64,000 nucleotides of DNA from Dehalococcoidia bacterium UBA2160 (GCA_002328865.1 DCWO01000139.1:27633-91632); one strand, 5' to 3'. Numbered from the stretch's first letter, positions 25,994-36,545 are shown. A program made the numbers and translations. The notes: generated by a model from the sequence alone, not told the origin.

Positions 25994-27049
25994 CTAGCGC
26001 GGCGTAACCAGAATCCGAAAGATGTCTTTGTCAGGCGAGATCATCCGCGGAAAGCCTATCTCGATAACCTGATCCAGTCTTATTACGTCGGACACCAACG
26101 GCAAGGTCTTCATCTGGCCGGCTGCGATCAACCTGACTGCCTCCTCGACATCCTCCTGTCCATACGCCAACGAGCCCGCCATCCGCACCTCGGCGGCTAC
26201 CAGACTGTTGAAGTCGAACCGCGGCGTCGACGTGTAGATTGCCACGAGCAAAACCAGCCCGCCTCGCCGCACCGACCCGACCGCCAACTCCGGTGTTGTG
26301 GCGGCGCCCGCCGCGTCGATGACGATATCGGGGCCGATGCCTTCGGTCAGTTCGGCAAGCGTGTCTCGCGCGTCTTGGGCATCGGGGTTGACGACCGCGT
26401 CAGCTCCGAGCTCCGCCGCAAGATCAAGGCTCATCTGTCGTGTATCGACCGCGAAGACCTCGGCCCCTTGGGCTTTCAGCGCTTGCAGGGCCAACAGGCC
26501 GACTGTCCCAGCGCCTATGACCGCGACTCGATCGCCAGCGCTGGCGGCGGAGCGCCGAACCGCGTGGACGGCAACCGACGCGGGCTCAACCAAGGCCGCT
26601 TCCTTGCTCGATACATTGGCTGGAAGGACCACGGTTTGCTCCGCAGGCCACACCACGCTGTCGGCCAAACCGCCGTCGATGGCGAATCCGATCGCGGCCA
26701 TCGACGGGCACTGAGAGGTCTCGCCCAGCCGGCACCACCTGCAAGTACGGCAAGTCAGAACGCCATTCAAAACGACACGATCTCCCACCTTCGGGTCGGT
26801 CACTCCGTGTCCCAACTCAGCCACCGTCGCTACGACCTCGTGACCGGTTGTCAGCGGCATCTTCCGGCCGGTAACCGGATTCGGCGAGTCGCTGGATATG
26901 AACACGGGGCCGTAGAGGTACTCTTCGATGTCGGTGGCGCAGATGCCGCAGTATTCGATGTCGAGCTTTACCTGCCCGGGTCCAGGCTTCGGTTCAGGGA
27001 CGGTCTCGAGCCGGAGGTCTTTGTTTCCGTGATACACCAAGGCTTTCAT
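25994..27049 (-). CDS. zinc-dependent alcohol/polyol dehydrogenase (MDR family)
   Basis: 351 aa. CGICATDIEEY, GHEVVATVAELG, structural-Zn cysteines CRTCRWCRLGETSQC, Rossmann VAVIGAGTVG. Confidence 0.92.
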   Translation of the reverse strand: MKALVYHGNKDLRLETVPEPKPGPGQVKLDIEYCGICATDIEEYLYGPVFISSDSPNPVTGRKMPLTTGHEVVATVAELGHGVTDPKVGDRVVLNGVLTCRTCRWCRLGETSQCPSMAAIGFAIDGGLADSVVWPAEQTVVLPANVSSKEAALVEPASVAVHAVRRSAASAGDRVAVIGAGTVGLLALQALKAQGAEVFAVDTRQMSLDLAAELGADAVVNPDAQDARDTLAELTEGIGPDIVIDAAGAATTPELAVGSVRRGGLVLLVAIYTSTPRFDFNSLVAAEVRMAGSLAYGQEDVEEAVRLIAAGQMKTLPLVSDVIRLDQVIEIGFPRMISPDKDIFRILVTPR

Positions 27050-27427
27050 TTTCGCCCTCCTGCCGAAGTGATGCTGCTGCGCCGAGTGTATGGAGCGCCG
27101 CCAAGGCCTGTCAATGTGACCCGCGCCGATACGATGTCCGGGAGGCCGGGCGATGGTCGAGTTTCTATGCTGGGTCTAAATTCGCCTACGAACCGTTCCA
27201 ACGCGTCGTGTGTCCACTCGCCGCAAGTCAGAGTCACGGTCGGAAATCGAAAACCCGCTGTCTGCTAGGGTTGCGTTTTGAGACGAGAGGGGATATATTT
27301 GGCGTGCGAATTCGCCCAGGGCGTTTGCGTGTGTCGTTTGCCGTATGTCCAGGCACGAATCACATGCATCGTGTGGGCGCCGCCGAGTTGATCGCATGTC
27401 GAATCATGCGGAAGGAGAAAAGCGTCG

Positions 27428-28435
27428 ATGTTAGATTCGGATCGCATCGGGGAAGTTGTCCTCGACGTAAAAGATCTTCGCACCTACTTTGTCACGAGGT
27501 GGGGCGTCGTAAAAGCAGTTGACGGCGTGAGCTTCCAAGTTCGACGCGGCGAAACGCTAGGCGTTGTTGGCGAATCGGGATGTGGCAAGTCGGTCACCTC
27601 GCTTTCCATTATGCGGCTGGTTCCTTCTCCTCCAGGCCATATTGTGGGTGGGCAGGTGCTTTTGGAAGGCGACGACATCCTTGAGCTCGACGACGGCGAA
27701 ATGGAAGAAATCAGGGGCAGTCGCATCGGCATGGTGCTTCAGGACCCGATGACCGCTCTCAACCCGGTGTTCGACATTGAAGACCAGGTCGGAGAGGCGC
27801 TCAAGATTCACAAAAACATGTCTGGCGAAGGATTGAAGGCCAACGTCATCGAAATGCTTCGTAAAGTCCGAATTCCGGCGCCCGAGGTGCGGATCAAGGA
27901 CTTTCCTCACCAGCTCTCGGGCGGCATGAGACAGCGCGTGGTCGGCGCCATCGGCATCTCCTGCGACCCCGCGGTGCTTATCGCCGACGAGCCCACCACT
28001 TCGCTCGACGCCACGATTCAAGCTCAGTATTTGCGTCTCCTCCGGGAGCTCCAGGAACAGACCGGCGTTGGCATCATTTTCATAACGCACGACTTCGGCA
28101 TCGTCGCCAAGATGTGCGACCGGGTTGCGGTCATGTACGCCGGAAAGATCGTCGAGCAGGGAGACGTTCGGCAGATATTCAACAAACCGGCTCATCCATA
28201 CACCGAGGCGCTGATTCAATCAGTGCCGAAAATGGAAGAGAAAGCAGAGCGGTTGTATTCGATTCCCGGACAACCGCCCGCGTTGTGGGCTTTGGACCAG
28301 AGTTGCGCCTTCGCCGACCGTTGTCGGTACGCGTTCGACCGGTGCACCGCCGAGTATCCGGATATGTTCGAGCTCGAACATGGGCAGCTTGCTGCCTGTT
28401 GGCTCAGAGAAAAAGACAAAGTGGCCACTGCCTGA
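27428..28435 (+). CDS. oligopeptide/dipeptide ABC transporter ATP-binding protein (OppD/DppD type)
   Basis: 335 aa. [32 protein letters not shown]-terminal oligopeptide extension HPYTEALIQSVP. Confidence 0.92.
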   Translation: MLDSDRIGEVVLDVKDLRTYFVTRWGVVKAVDGVSFQVRRGETLGVVGESGCGKSVTSLSIMRLVPSPPGHIVGGQVLLEGDDILELDDGEMEEIRGSRIGMVLQDPMTALNPVFDIEDQVGEALKIHKNMSGEGLKANVIEMLRKVRIPAPEVRIKDFPHQLSGGMRQRVVGAIGISCDPAVLIADEPTTSLDATIQAQYLRLLRELQEQTGVGIIFITHDFGIVAKMCDRVAVMYAGKIVEQGDVRQIFNKPAHPYTEALIQSVPKMEEKAERLYSIPGQPPALWALDQSCAFADRCRYAFDRCTAEYPDMFELEHGQLAACWLREKDKVATA

Positions 28436-28462
28436 GCGGCTTACTCTGGAATGAGGTGATTG

Positions 28463-29437
28463 ATGACTAGTAGCGATGGGACGCTTCTAAGCGTTCGGGG
28501 TCTTAAGAAGCACTTCCCCGTCGGGACGGGCTTCCTCACCAGGAACAAGTCCATGCTCAAAGCTGTGGACGGTGTTGACTTCGATATCGAGCCGGGCAAG
28601 ACCTACGGTCTGGTCGGTGAATCGGGTTGCGGCAAAACGACCACGGCGAAAATGATCCTGCTTCTGGAGGAGCCGACGGACGGTACGTTCTCGTTCGAGG
28701 GCAACGACGCTTTGACGATGGACAGAGATGGCCGAAAGAACTACAAGTCCAAAGTACAAGCCGTTTTCCAGGATCCTTGGGCGTCACTCAATCCCAGAAT
28801 GCGCGTCGGCGGCATTATCGGGGAGCCGCTCGAAGTCAACAGCACCCTGACGAAACAGGAGATCAAGACCAGAGTCGGCGGCCTTCTTGAAGAAGTGGGT
28901 TTGGCGGCCTATCAGTCGAACCTGTTTCCCCACGAATTCAGCGGCGGCCAGCGCCAGCGCATTGGCGTCGCACGCTCCCTGGCGCTCAACCCGAGCCTGA
29001 TCGTGCTCGACGAGCCCGTGTCCGCCCTGGACGTCTCCATTCGAGCCCAGATCATGAACCTGCTCGAAGACCTTCAAGACGAGCACAACCTGACCTACCT
29101 GTTGATCGCACACCACCTCGCAACAGTTCGCTACATGTGTGACAAAGTGGGAGTCATGTACCTGGGCCGGCTTGTCGAGGAAGCCGATACGGAAGAGCTT
29201 TTCGATAATCCTCTCCACCCGTACACACGGGCGTTGATGTCCGCTGCCTTGCCGTCGCACCCGGATATCGAGAGGGAGGAAATCATTCTGACCGGAGAGG
29301 TTCCTTCTCCTGTCAACCCGCCCGAGGGTTGCCACTTCCATCCACGGTGCCCGTCTCGGTTCGAGCCATGCGCCGATGCGGAACCGGTCGAAATCGAGCC
29401 GACGCCGGGCCATCGGGTCGTGTGCCACCTGTACTAG
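28463..29437 (+). CDS. oligopeptide/dipeptide ABC transporter ATP-binding protein (OppF/DppF type)
   Basis: About 324 aa. SD GAGGTG precedes ATG 28463. [55 protein letters not shown]. Confidence 0.92.
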   Translation: MTSSDGTLLSVRGLKKHFPVGTGFLTRNKSMLKAVDGVDFDIEPGKTYGLVGESGCGKTTTAKMILLLEEPTDGTFSFEGNDALTMDRDGRKNYKSKVQAVFQDPWASLNPRMRVGGIIGEPLEVNSTLTKQEIKTRVGGLLEEVGLAAYQSNLFPHEFSGGQRQRIGVARSLALNPSLIVLDEPVSALDVSIRAQIMNLLEDLQDEHNLTYLLIAHHLATVRYMCDKVGVMYLGRLVEEADTEELFDNPLHPYTRALMSAALPSHPDIEREEIILTGEVPSPVNPPEGCHFHPRCPSRFEPCADAEPVEIEPTPGHRVVCHLY

Positions 29438-29496
29438 CGATTTCTTGAGATCGGGCAGAAGCGAAACGACGCTCTCTGCGAAATACAAGCAAAAGA

Positions 29497-29530
29497 AACG
29501 CCGCCGTGGACGAAACGTCCCGGCGGCGTT
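29497..29530 (+). terminator. rho-independent-type terminator after oppF-like gene
   Basis: AACGCCGCCG (29497-29506), 14-nt loop, CGGCGGCGTT (29521-29530), followed by GTCGTTGTTG. Confidence 0.6.
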
Positions 29531-29617
29531 GTCGTTGTTGATGATCTATGGACGGGAGGTACGGGCGCGGTTGTCTCGATTCGGTTTACCAGATGTCACG
29601 CGTTGATCGACACAAAG

Positions 29618-29653
29618 AGAAAGGCAGGGCGTGCGTTCACTCCCTGCCTTTCT
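29618..29653 (-). terminator. hairpin terminator after the minus-strand opp operon
   Basis: AGAAAGGCAGGG (29618-29629) pairs with CCCTGCCTTTCT (29642-29653), a 12-bp perfect stem. It lies 70 nt downstream of the lipoprotein gene stop on the minus strand. Confidence 0.55.
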
Positions 29654-29723
29654 GGCCAACTGTATACTCGAGTCGGGACATCTCAGCCGCGAGGGCCCGG
29701 CGAGGTGAACTGCGCTTTTCGTA

Positions 29724-30257
29724 TCACGCCGGATTTACAGTGAACACGCCCACCTTGTCATCGTTGCATAGTATGTCGAAGGCGCCGGAGTTGCCCGGGT
29801 TGAAATCGTAAAACACCCTGGCCCCCGATTCGAACTCTAGGTCGACCGAGGTTGCAGTGGCGACGAATGCACCTCCGGCATTATTGATCTCAAGCCCGGA
29901 TATTACATAGTGGACTTCCTCCTGTTCGCCAACCACTTCCAGCGAACCAGTAGAGCCCTGGGCGAGTTCTGTAGGGAGCTGAATGGCTATGCGGACGCGT
30001 TGCCCCATTGTGACGGTGATGTCGCCTGGATCGGCAGTGCATCCGGCATCTGATGTCGCCAGGTCTACCCGAAACTGCTCGAATGCAGTGACGGGCGAGC
30101 GATGAAATTCGGTGGATTCACCTTCAGGCCTCGCCGATCCTCGATCACCCGATTTCACCCCACATCCCATCGCGGCCAGAACCAGTATGGCGATCGCGAC
30201 TGGGATGAACCGCACGATAGTCGCGACTGCTCGCGATGAGGTCGCTGGTGTATTCAT
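29724..30257 (-). CDS. hypothetical lipoprotein (last gene of the minus-strand opp operon)
   Basis: 177 aa from ATG 30257 (GAGG 9 nt upstream). Signal peptide and lipobox (AILVLAAMGCG). The mature part looks beta-rich. No family recognised. Confidence 0.65.
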   Translation of the reverse strand: MNTPATSSRAVATIVRFIPVAIAILVLAAMGCGVKSGDRGSARPEGESTEFHRSPVTAFEQFRVDLATSDAGCTADPGDITVTMGQRVRIAIQLPTELAQGSTGSLEVVGEQEEVHYVISGLEINNAGGAFVATATSVDLEFESGARVFYDFNPGNSGAFDILCNDDKVGVFTVNPA

Positions 30258-30395
30258 GTCAATCAACCTCGCAATGTGAGGACCACATCGTGTGACGACG
30301 GCGCGGATACGGCGCCGTGCCCCGCAGTCGGCGCGTTGCCTGGGCGCGTGCACACTTCCGACGCGGTCGGCCGCCGATGCGATAATCCCTGCCGA

Positions 30396-31475
30396 TCAGT
30401 TCAGTTGTCTCAATCGCGGATCGAGCCGGTCCCTCAACCAGTCACCCGTAAAGTTCAGGGACATCACCACCAGGAATATGCAGACGCCCGGGAAGAATGC
30501 GATCCACCACGCGTCGTTGATGAACGGCCGTCCGTCGTTTACCATCGCGCCCCATGCTGGGGTGGGCGGCGGTATGCCGGCGCCCAGGAAACTCAGAATC
30601 GCCTCAGTGAGGATGAGCTGCCCGACCCGAAGCGTGGCGATGACGATCACTGTGTTTATGGTGCCCGGCAGAATGTGCCAGATTAGAATTCGGAACGTGG
30701 AGGCCCCGGCCACTCTGGCGAGAGCGACATAGTCGCGCTCCTTGAGAGTCAGTGTCTCACCCCGGACATTGCGGACGAACGGGGTCCAAGACAGCAACGC
30801 CAACAAGATCAGTAGGATGGTCATCGTCTGACCGAGGGCGATCACCACCACGATGGCGACCAAAATGAACGGGAGCCCAAGCCATACGTCGGTGATGCGC
30901 ATGATGATCTCGTCGAGCCAGCCGCCGAAATAGCCAGCGACCAATCCCATGCTCACGCCGACCAACAGGCCGCTGGTCAGCGATATGGCGGTCACGGTGA
31001 GCGACACCTGGGCGCCTTTTATTATGCGGCTCAACAGATCCCGCCCGATGTTGTCTCCACCCAGAATATGATCCCACGAGGGAAAATGGACCTTGGGTTT
31101 CAGGTCTATTGCCAAGAACGCCTCTTCGACCGCTTCCTGGGTGTCGAGGCCGGTGGGGTCGAGTCCGTACTTGATCGCCGCTTCCTCGATCCCCAGGTTG
31201 AGTGGATCAGGGAAAGCGAGTGGGTCGGACGCGTCCTTGACGTTCAGGACGACGGGATCGTACCAGACAGGGGGGATGTTCCGGTTGTCGGGGATGGCTA
31301 CGAACGGGCTATGTGGCGCCAGTAAGTCCGCGAATATGCCGGTGAAGACCAACAAGCCGAGAACCAATACAGGAATGATGGGCCATCGCCTGAGGACAAA
31401 CCATATCTGCCCAACGGTGCCTCTTTCGGCGCCGATGTTTCGAGCCAGGTCAGCGGTGATATCTGCTTGAGCCAT
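30396..31475 (-). CDS. oligopeptide/dipeptide ABC transporter permease (OppC/DppC type)
   Basis: About 359 aa from ATG 31475 (SD AGGTGG). N-terminal OppC_N-type region, then a BPD_transp_1 core with YVALARVAGASTFRILIWHILP (EAA loop). Confidence 0.9.
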   Translation of the reverse strand: MAQADITADLARNIGAERGTVGQIWFVLRRWPIIPVLVLGLLVFTGIFADLLAPHSPFVAIPDNRNIPPVWYDPVVLNVKDASDPLAFPDPLNLGIEEAAIKYGLDPTGLDTQEAVEEAFLAIDLKPKVHFPSWDHILGGDNIGRDLLSRIIKGAQVSLTVTAISLTSGLLVGVSMGLVAGYFGGWLDEIIMRITDVWLGLPFILVAIVVVIALGQTMTILLILLALLSWTPFVRNVRGETLTLKERDYVALARVAGASTFRILIWHILPGTINTVIVIATLRVGQLILTEAILSFLGAGIPPPTPAWGAMVNDGRPFINDAWWIAFFPGVCIFLVVMSLNFTGDWLRDRLDPRLRQLN

Positions 31476-31488
31476 TGATTTATGCCAC

Positions 31489-32427
31489 CTACGCGTACCG
31501 GATTCGCGGGTCAATATAGGCGTACAAGACATCGGTCACGAAGTTGAAAAATACATACATGGCCGTGAACACCAACACGGTTCCCACCATGATAGGGAAG
31601 TCGTTGTTGTTAATAGCATCGAACGCCAGCCTGCCGAGCCCTGGGATTGAGAAGATCGTTTCGGTCACGACCGCGCCCGTGATGAAGCCGGTCAGCAACA
31701 AGCTCGAAAACGTAAGCGGGGCGATGAGGCCGTTCCGGAAGCCATGCTTCCATATCACCGCGTTGTTGGAGACCCCTTTGGCCCGTGCCAGCTTGATGAA
31801 CTCGGAATCGAGTATCTCCAGCATGGAGGAGCGCACGAGACGCAGGTACGTTGCGGCCGCAATCCACCCAAGGGTGACGGTTGGCATGACGTAGTGCTTC
31901 CATGAGAACGATCCTTCGCCAAGGGTGCCTGTCGGCAGCCACCGAAGCTGGACTGAGAATATCAGGATCAACATGATGCCCACCCAAAACACGGGCAGAG
32001 CTTGGCCGAAGAGGGCGAACGCTCTCGCCAGGTAATCCCAGACAGTGCCGCGTTTGACGGCGGACAGCACGCCCAGCGGGATCCCGATGACCGTGGCGAA
32101 TACGTAAGACAAGAAGCCCACCTTGAGCGTGGGCGGAAGGCGCTTCTTGATCTTGCTCAATACATCTTTGCGGTCCAGCAGACTGTCCTGCCAGTCTCCC
32201 TTCACGATGCGGCCAAGCCAGACCGCGTATTGCCAGATGATCGGTTTGTCGAGGCCCAGCTCCACGCCCAGAGCGTCCCAGCGCTCTTGCGTTATGCCGT
32301 ATCCGCCCTCTTGCGCATACAAGAACCTGGGGTCGCCCGCTATTCTGGACAGGAAGAAAGTGATCAACGTGGCCCCGATGAGTGCGGAGATCGCGAAGAA
32401 AAATCTTCTGATCAAGAACTGCCGCAT
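31489..32427 (-). CDS. oligopeptide/dipeptide ABC transporter permease (OppB/DppB type)
   Basis: 312 aa from ATG 32427 (GGAGG upstream). MRQFLIRRFFFAISALIGATLITFFL is the classic OppB N-terminus. EAA loop: FIKLARAKGVSNNAVIWKHGFRNGLIP. Confidence 0.92.
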   Translation of the reverse strand: MRQFLIRRFFFAISALIGATLITFFLSRIAGDPRFLYAQEGGYGITQERWDALGVELGLDKPIIWQYAVWLGRIVKGDWQDSLLDRKDVLSKIKKRLPPTLKVGFLSYVFATVIGIPLGVLSAVKRGTVWDYLARAFALFGQALPVFWVGIMLILIFSVQLRWLPTGTLGEGSFSWKHYVMPTVTLGWIAAATYLRLVRSSMLEILDSEFIKLARAKGVSNNAVIWKHGFRNGLIAPLTFSSLLLTGFITGAVVTETIFSIPGLGRLAFDAINNNDFPIMVGTVLVFTAMYVFFNFVTDVLYAYIDPRIRYA

Positions 32428-32740
32428 GACCTTATGTGCCTCCAAATAAAATCGGGCCGAGTCGGTCGCGCACTTCTGGCGCCGCGAAACCGGAGGTTAA
32501 CGCGCGAATTACGTGCTGAACATGGAAGTTCGTCTACACGAACCATCTGTCGTTCACGTTCTGGTCGAAAAGATCGCAAATCAGATGTTGACGATACTAC
32601 ACCCTGAGGCAACGCGCAACATCGAGCGAAACAATGGCCGACGATTCCATGTCGCGTTTGTGTCACACGACATGCCCCCACATGACGAGATTCCTCGCCC
32701 CATGGGGGCATGCCTTAACATTTCGCGGTGTCCGACCGTG

Positions 32741-34642
32741 TTACTTCAGTTTTACAGTCCTGATGTTGTTGATGGCGAATAGGTTGCCATTCGCCATGGG
32801 CCTCATGTCCCACGTGCCGCCGACGAACGCGTCGGGGTCGATGGCGGGCCACAGCGGCCGCTCGAAGATGCCGACGCACAATGCCTCGCGGGCATTGCTC
32901 TCGAAGAAGCTGGCGGACATCGCCTCGCGTTTGGCTTTGTCGGGCTCTCCGGCCATCTTGGTGTAGCTCTCGCTGGCCCACGGGATCTCCATGCCAACGC
33001 CGTAACCGCCGGCGCTGATGGAGCTCATTACGAACCCATGCGCCCAGTCATACGGGAAGTTGGACTTGTTCTCGTCGCCGCAACCCGTGAACGGGGTGTT
33101 GGTGGTTCGGGCGACCAAACCCGGCCGGTAGACCGAGTAGGCGGTCTTGATTAGGTTGACCTTGACGCCCAAATGCTGCTGCCAGGCAGCGCCGACGGAC
33201 TCGCCGATCTCAGCGCCAAGTTCTCCCGTGCCGACCCACAGATCCATCTCGAAGCCGTCGGCGTAGCCTGCCTCATCAAGCATGCCCTTGGCTTTGTCGA
33301 AGTCGGTGCCCCAGTCCCAGGCCGTGTCATGCGCGGGGCTGTTGCTCGAGTTATAGGGCTGATAGTTGACAAACCCCAACCCACCCAACAAGTTCTCTAG
33401 CAGCTCTTCGCGCTGGATGGACCAGGCGAAGGCGTTGCGCACGAGCCTCGAACTGACCATCGACGGGGTGTTTGCGTCGAAGTCGCCGCCGCCCTCAAAC
33501 GGGTCGCCGACGTGGGGCTTACTGGTGTCGCGGTCGCGCTCCAACTCGGCGCCGGTCAACGCCCCGAACTTCTCCCAGTAGTTGCCGGTCATGGAGATGT
33601 TGTCGATCGTATTGAACTCGGCCTTCTTCATGGCCGCAAAGCCCTTGCCGATCAGCTCAGGCAAATCTTTCAGTCCTACCTGGGCTACCTGAGCCTCGCC
33701 GGTCTCGAGCATCGCGCGGCGAGAAGCGCCCTCGGGTATCTCGAACCAGCGAGCATTCTCGACGAACGGGCCCCAACCCTCGGAAGTGCCCCAGTAGTCA
33801 GCGAAAGCATGTCCGACGATGGATTTGTCCTGTTCCCACTCATCGTTTTCAAAGGCGCCCACACCAATCAAGGCATCCTGCGTGGCTTCGACGCCTAACT
33901 CATCGAAAACGTTCTTCGACATGATGCCAGCGGTCTGCCAGAACCGGCTGAACCGGTGGAGGACCCCGCGGCTGTCGTAGTTGCGGTAGTGGAGCCTAAC
34001 CGTGTACGCGTCGAGCGCCTCCATGCTGGCGATCAACGGAGCGAAGTCGCCAGCCTGTCCGTGAATGGACTCGGGGTTGGTGACCGAGTTGGCGTCGTTG
34101 TACGAATACTCGACATCGGCCGCGGTCATCTCCCCCCAGCCCTGATGGAACTGGACACCCTGACGAAGGGTGAAGTCGCCGAACTCCAAGCTGGGGTCCA
34201 ACTCAAACGAAAGGGCCAGCATGGGCTCGGTCGTAACTGTTCCCTCCGGCGTGAGCTTGGAGTTGAACAACACGTCCGTGATGCCGCTCATATAGATGTG
34301 CTCGGCGCAGCCGGCAGAGCAGAACCTGGGCAACCCGCCAGGCGTGTTGGTGTCAGCCACAGCGATCGTGAGAGTGCCTGACGGCTTCGGACCGCTCGGC
34401 GCCGAAGGCGCCGCAGAAGTCGTCGGAGCCCGCGTGGGCGCGGCTACCGGCGCTGATGTGGATGGAGCAGGCGCAGATGCCGCCGGTGCGACTTGCGCGA
34501 CTGGCGCAGGCGCAGCCGGAGCAGCCGCCTGCGGCGCAGCCGGAGCGGCAGCCTCTTCCGCAGAACAGGCCAGCGCCAATATGGGCGCCAAAGCGACGGT
34601 GAGTCCTATCAACAGCTTCATGTTGGCTAGTTTGGACCACAT
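32741..34642 (-). CDS. peptide ABC transporter substrate-binding lipoprotein (family 5, OppA/DppA type) with Ala/Pro-rich linker
   Basis: 633 aa from ATG 34642 (SD GAGGAGG, 9-nt spacer). Lipobox LALAC. Then about 60 aa of AAPAAPQAAAPAAPAPV... low-complexity linker. Then an SBP_bac_5-sized domain. Confidence 0.85.
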   Translation of the reverse strand: MWSKLANMKLLIGLTVALAPILALACSAEEAAAPAAPQAAAPAAPAPVAQVAPAASAPAPSTSAPVAAPTRAPTTSAAPSAPSGPKPSGTLTIAVADTNTPGGLPRFCSAGCAEHIYMSGITDVLFNSKLTPEGTVTTEPMLALSFELDPSLEFGDFTLRQGVQFHQGWGEMTAADVEYSYNDANSVTNPESIHGQAGDFAPLIASMEALDAYTVRLHYRNYDSRGVLHRFSRFWQTAGIMSKNVFDELGVEATQDALIGVGAFENDEWEQDKSIVGHAFADYWGTSEGWGPFVENARWFEIPEGASRRAMLETGEAQVAQVGLKDLPELIGKGFAAMKKAEFNTIDNISMTGNYWEKFGALTGAELERDRDTSKPHVGDPFEGGGDFDANTPSMVSSRLVRNAFAWSIQREELLENLLGGLGFVNYQPYNSSNSPAHDTAWDWGTDFDKAKGMLDEAGYADGFEMDLWVGTGELGAEIGESVGAAWQQHLGVKVNLIKTAYSVYRPGLVARTTNTPFTGCGDENKSNFPYDWAHGFVMSSISAGGYGVGMEIPWASESYTKMAGEPDKAKREAMSASFFESNAREALCVGIFERPLWPAIDPDAFVGGTWDMRPMANGNLFAINNIRTVKLK

Positions 34643-34914
34643 AGGCTTGAACCTCCTCGTGTCTTTGTGATGACTATGGCCTACTTTAGACCTTACCGAA
34701 AACCTGCACATTTTTTACCACACCCGCCCTATTCAGTCAAGACCTTGGCGCCCAATGTAGACCGATTTCTGAGACAGTAGAAGTGCAATAAACGCTAACA
34801 TGCTTAAAAAGGTTCAAAGAGAAATCGGACGTGAAATGGAAGATACCGTAAAGGCGGTCATAGTGATAGAATGCGAACATTCGAGACACAGGCATGACCC
34901 AAGCACGGAGGCAT

Positions 34915-35823
34915 ATGATGGCAGACTTCGAAGGGATACTCCCGGCGATTATCACGCCAATGGGCGAGGATGGCAGATTCAACGAAGCCGCATTCAGAGA
35001 GGTGGTGGAGTTCAACATTCAGGCTGGCGTTAACGGATTCTGGGTGGCCGGCGGAACCGGCGAGAGCGTGCTCTTGGACGACGACGAGAACATGCAGATC
35101 GCCAACGCAGCCGCGGATCAGAACCGGGGTCGCACGAAAATGATCATGCACGTTGGAGCGGCGACGACTCTGCGCGCGGCAAAACTGGCGGAAAATGCGG
35201 GCAAAGCCGGCGTCGAAGCCATATGCTGCGTACCTCCGTTCTTCTATCGACAACCGGATGAATCGATCGTTCAGCACTACAAGACAGTCGCGGCAGCCGC
35301 GAACCTGCCTTTGTTCGTCTACAACCTGCCCGGCTCCACGGGTGTGGAGATCACGCCCGAGCTGATGCAAAAGATCCAGGACGGCGTGCCGCAACTCCAG
35401 GGGCTTAAGCATTCCGCGATGAACCAGGGTTTCGTCCGATCATTCGCGGATATGGGATTGGACGTTCTGATTGGCAACAGTACGCAGATGCTCGCGGCGA
35501 TGACCAACGGCGCGACTGGATGCGTCGACGGTCCTCCGAACATCGCCCCCGAGTTCTGGGTGGCGATTCGGGACGCATACAACGCCGGTGACATTCCCGC
35601 AGCCGAAGCCGCACAGCAGCACGCCGCAAAACTCACCGGGATCGTGCGAGAATTTGGCATGCACCCCACGATCAAGGCGCTGATCAGCGAGCGCCTGGGC
35701 ATCGACTGCGGCGACCCGCGGTTGCCAACGCAGCCGTTGTCGCCTGAGAACAGGGCGGAAGTCATCCGGCAGGCCGAAGCGCTTGGCGTGACTAAGCTCG
35801 CCGTTGCGCAATCAGACGACTAA
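34915..35823 (+). CDS. dihydrodipicolinate synthase-family class I aldolase (DapA/NanA-like)
   Basis: MMADFEGILPAIITPM..., GFWVAGGTGES, FVYNLPGSTG, and GLKHSAMN (Schiff-base Lys position). The start is ambiguous: ATG at 34894, 34915 or 34918, with GGAGG at 34907-34911. Confidence 0.85.
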   Translation: MMADFEGILPAIITPMGEDGRFNEAAFREVVEFNIQAGVNGFWVAGGTGESVLLDDDENMQIANAAADQNRGRTKMIMHVGAATTLRAAKLAENAGKAGVEAICCVPPFFYRQPDESIVQHYKTVAAAANLPLFVYNLPGSTGVEITPELMQKIQDGVPQLQGLKHSAMNQGFVRSFADMGLDVLIGNSTQMLAAMTNGATGCVDGPPNIAPEFWVAIRDAYNAGDIPAAEAAQQHAAKLTGIVREFGMHPTIKALISERLGIDCGDPRLPTQPLSPENRAEVIRQAEALGVTKLAVAQSDD

Positions 35824-35847
35824 GATCGATTTTGAAGGTGTGTAGTT

Positions 35848-35878
35848 CAAAAGGGGGCGCTCCAGGCGCCCCCTTTTG
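35848..35878 (+). terminator. rho-independent terminator after the DapA-like gene
   Basis: CAAAAGGGGGCGC (35848-35860), loop TCCAG, GCGCCCCCTTTTG (35866-35878). Perfect 13-bp stem with a T-run. Confidence 0.8.
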
Positions 35879-35964
35879 ATTGTCGCAGAGGATCGTGCCG
35901 CTTCGGCTTTCGCTGCTATAATTCCTCGACGGACCTTGCGCGAGATCGGCACGGAGGAATACGT

Positions 35965-36399
35965 TTGGAATACTGGATTGCCCTGGCTATCCGCAGTGGG
36001 ATTGGCGTGATTTTTGGGATACTGTTCGGATTCGTTGGATTGATGATCACGTTCGCCGTTGTGCCTGGTTATTACACGCCGCCGCTGTGGATGCTGGTTT
36101 TGACCACCGCGCTCGGTGCCAGCATCGCGGGTTTCCTCGCGTTCTACAAACCCGACGTGCCCTGGCGAATCGCCGCCAGAGGGTTCGCTCTGGCCCTCAT
36201 CGGAGGGTTCATCGGAGGCTGGATAGGTTATTGGTACGCCCAGACGTTCTATCCCGACGGGGTCAGGAACGTGATGCTGGTGGCGAGATCGGTAAAGTCT
36301 CCGGCGATTACACCGTTCATCAGTTCAGCTGCGATTGGCAGCACGGGCGTCGGCGCCGTCTATTACGCTATTCGGGCGTGGCGGTATCACGAGGTCTGA
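35965..36399 (+). CDS. hypothetical integral membrane protein (about 4 TM)
   Basis: 144 aa, strongly hydrophobic with Gly/Ile-rich helices (IGVIFGILFGFVGLMITFAVV..., ALALIGGFIGGWIGYWY). No family recognised. Confidence 0.6.
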   Translation: MEYWIALAIRSGIGVIFGILFGFVGLMITFAVVPGYYTPPLWMLVLTTALGASIAGFLAFYKPDVPWRIAARGFALALIGGFIGGWIGYWYAQTFYPDGVRNVMLVARSVKSPAITPFISSAAIGSTGVGAVYYAIRAWRYHEV

Positions 36400-36545
36400 A
36401 GCGCCACTTAATGCGCGCGCATCGACCTTCGGCGTTCGGCGCTTGATCGGAACTCGGTCGGGCGTTCTGTTTTCGCGACTCTCGCGATTGTCGGCGGCTG
36501 AGTTGACAGCCACCGGCGCCTTCCACTGAACGGGAGACTTGAGTC

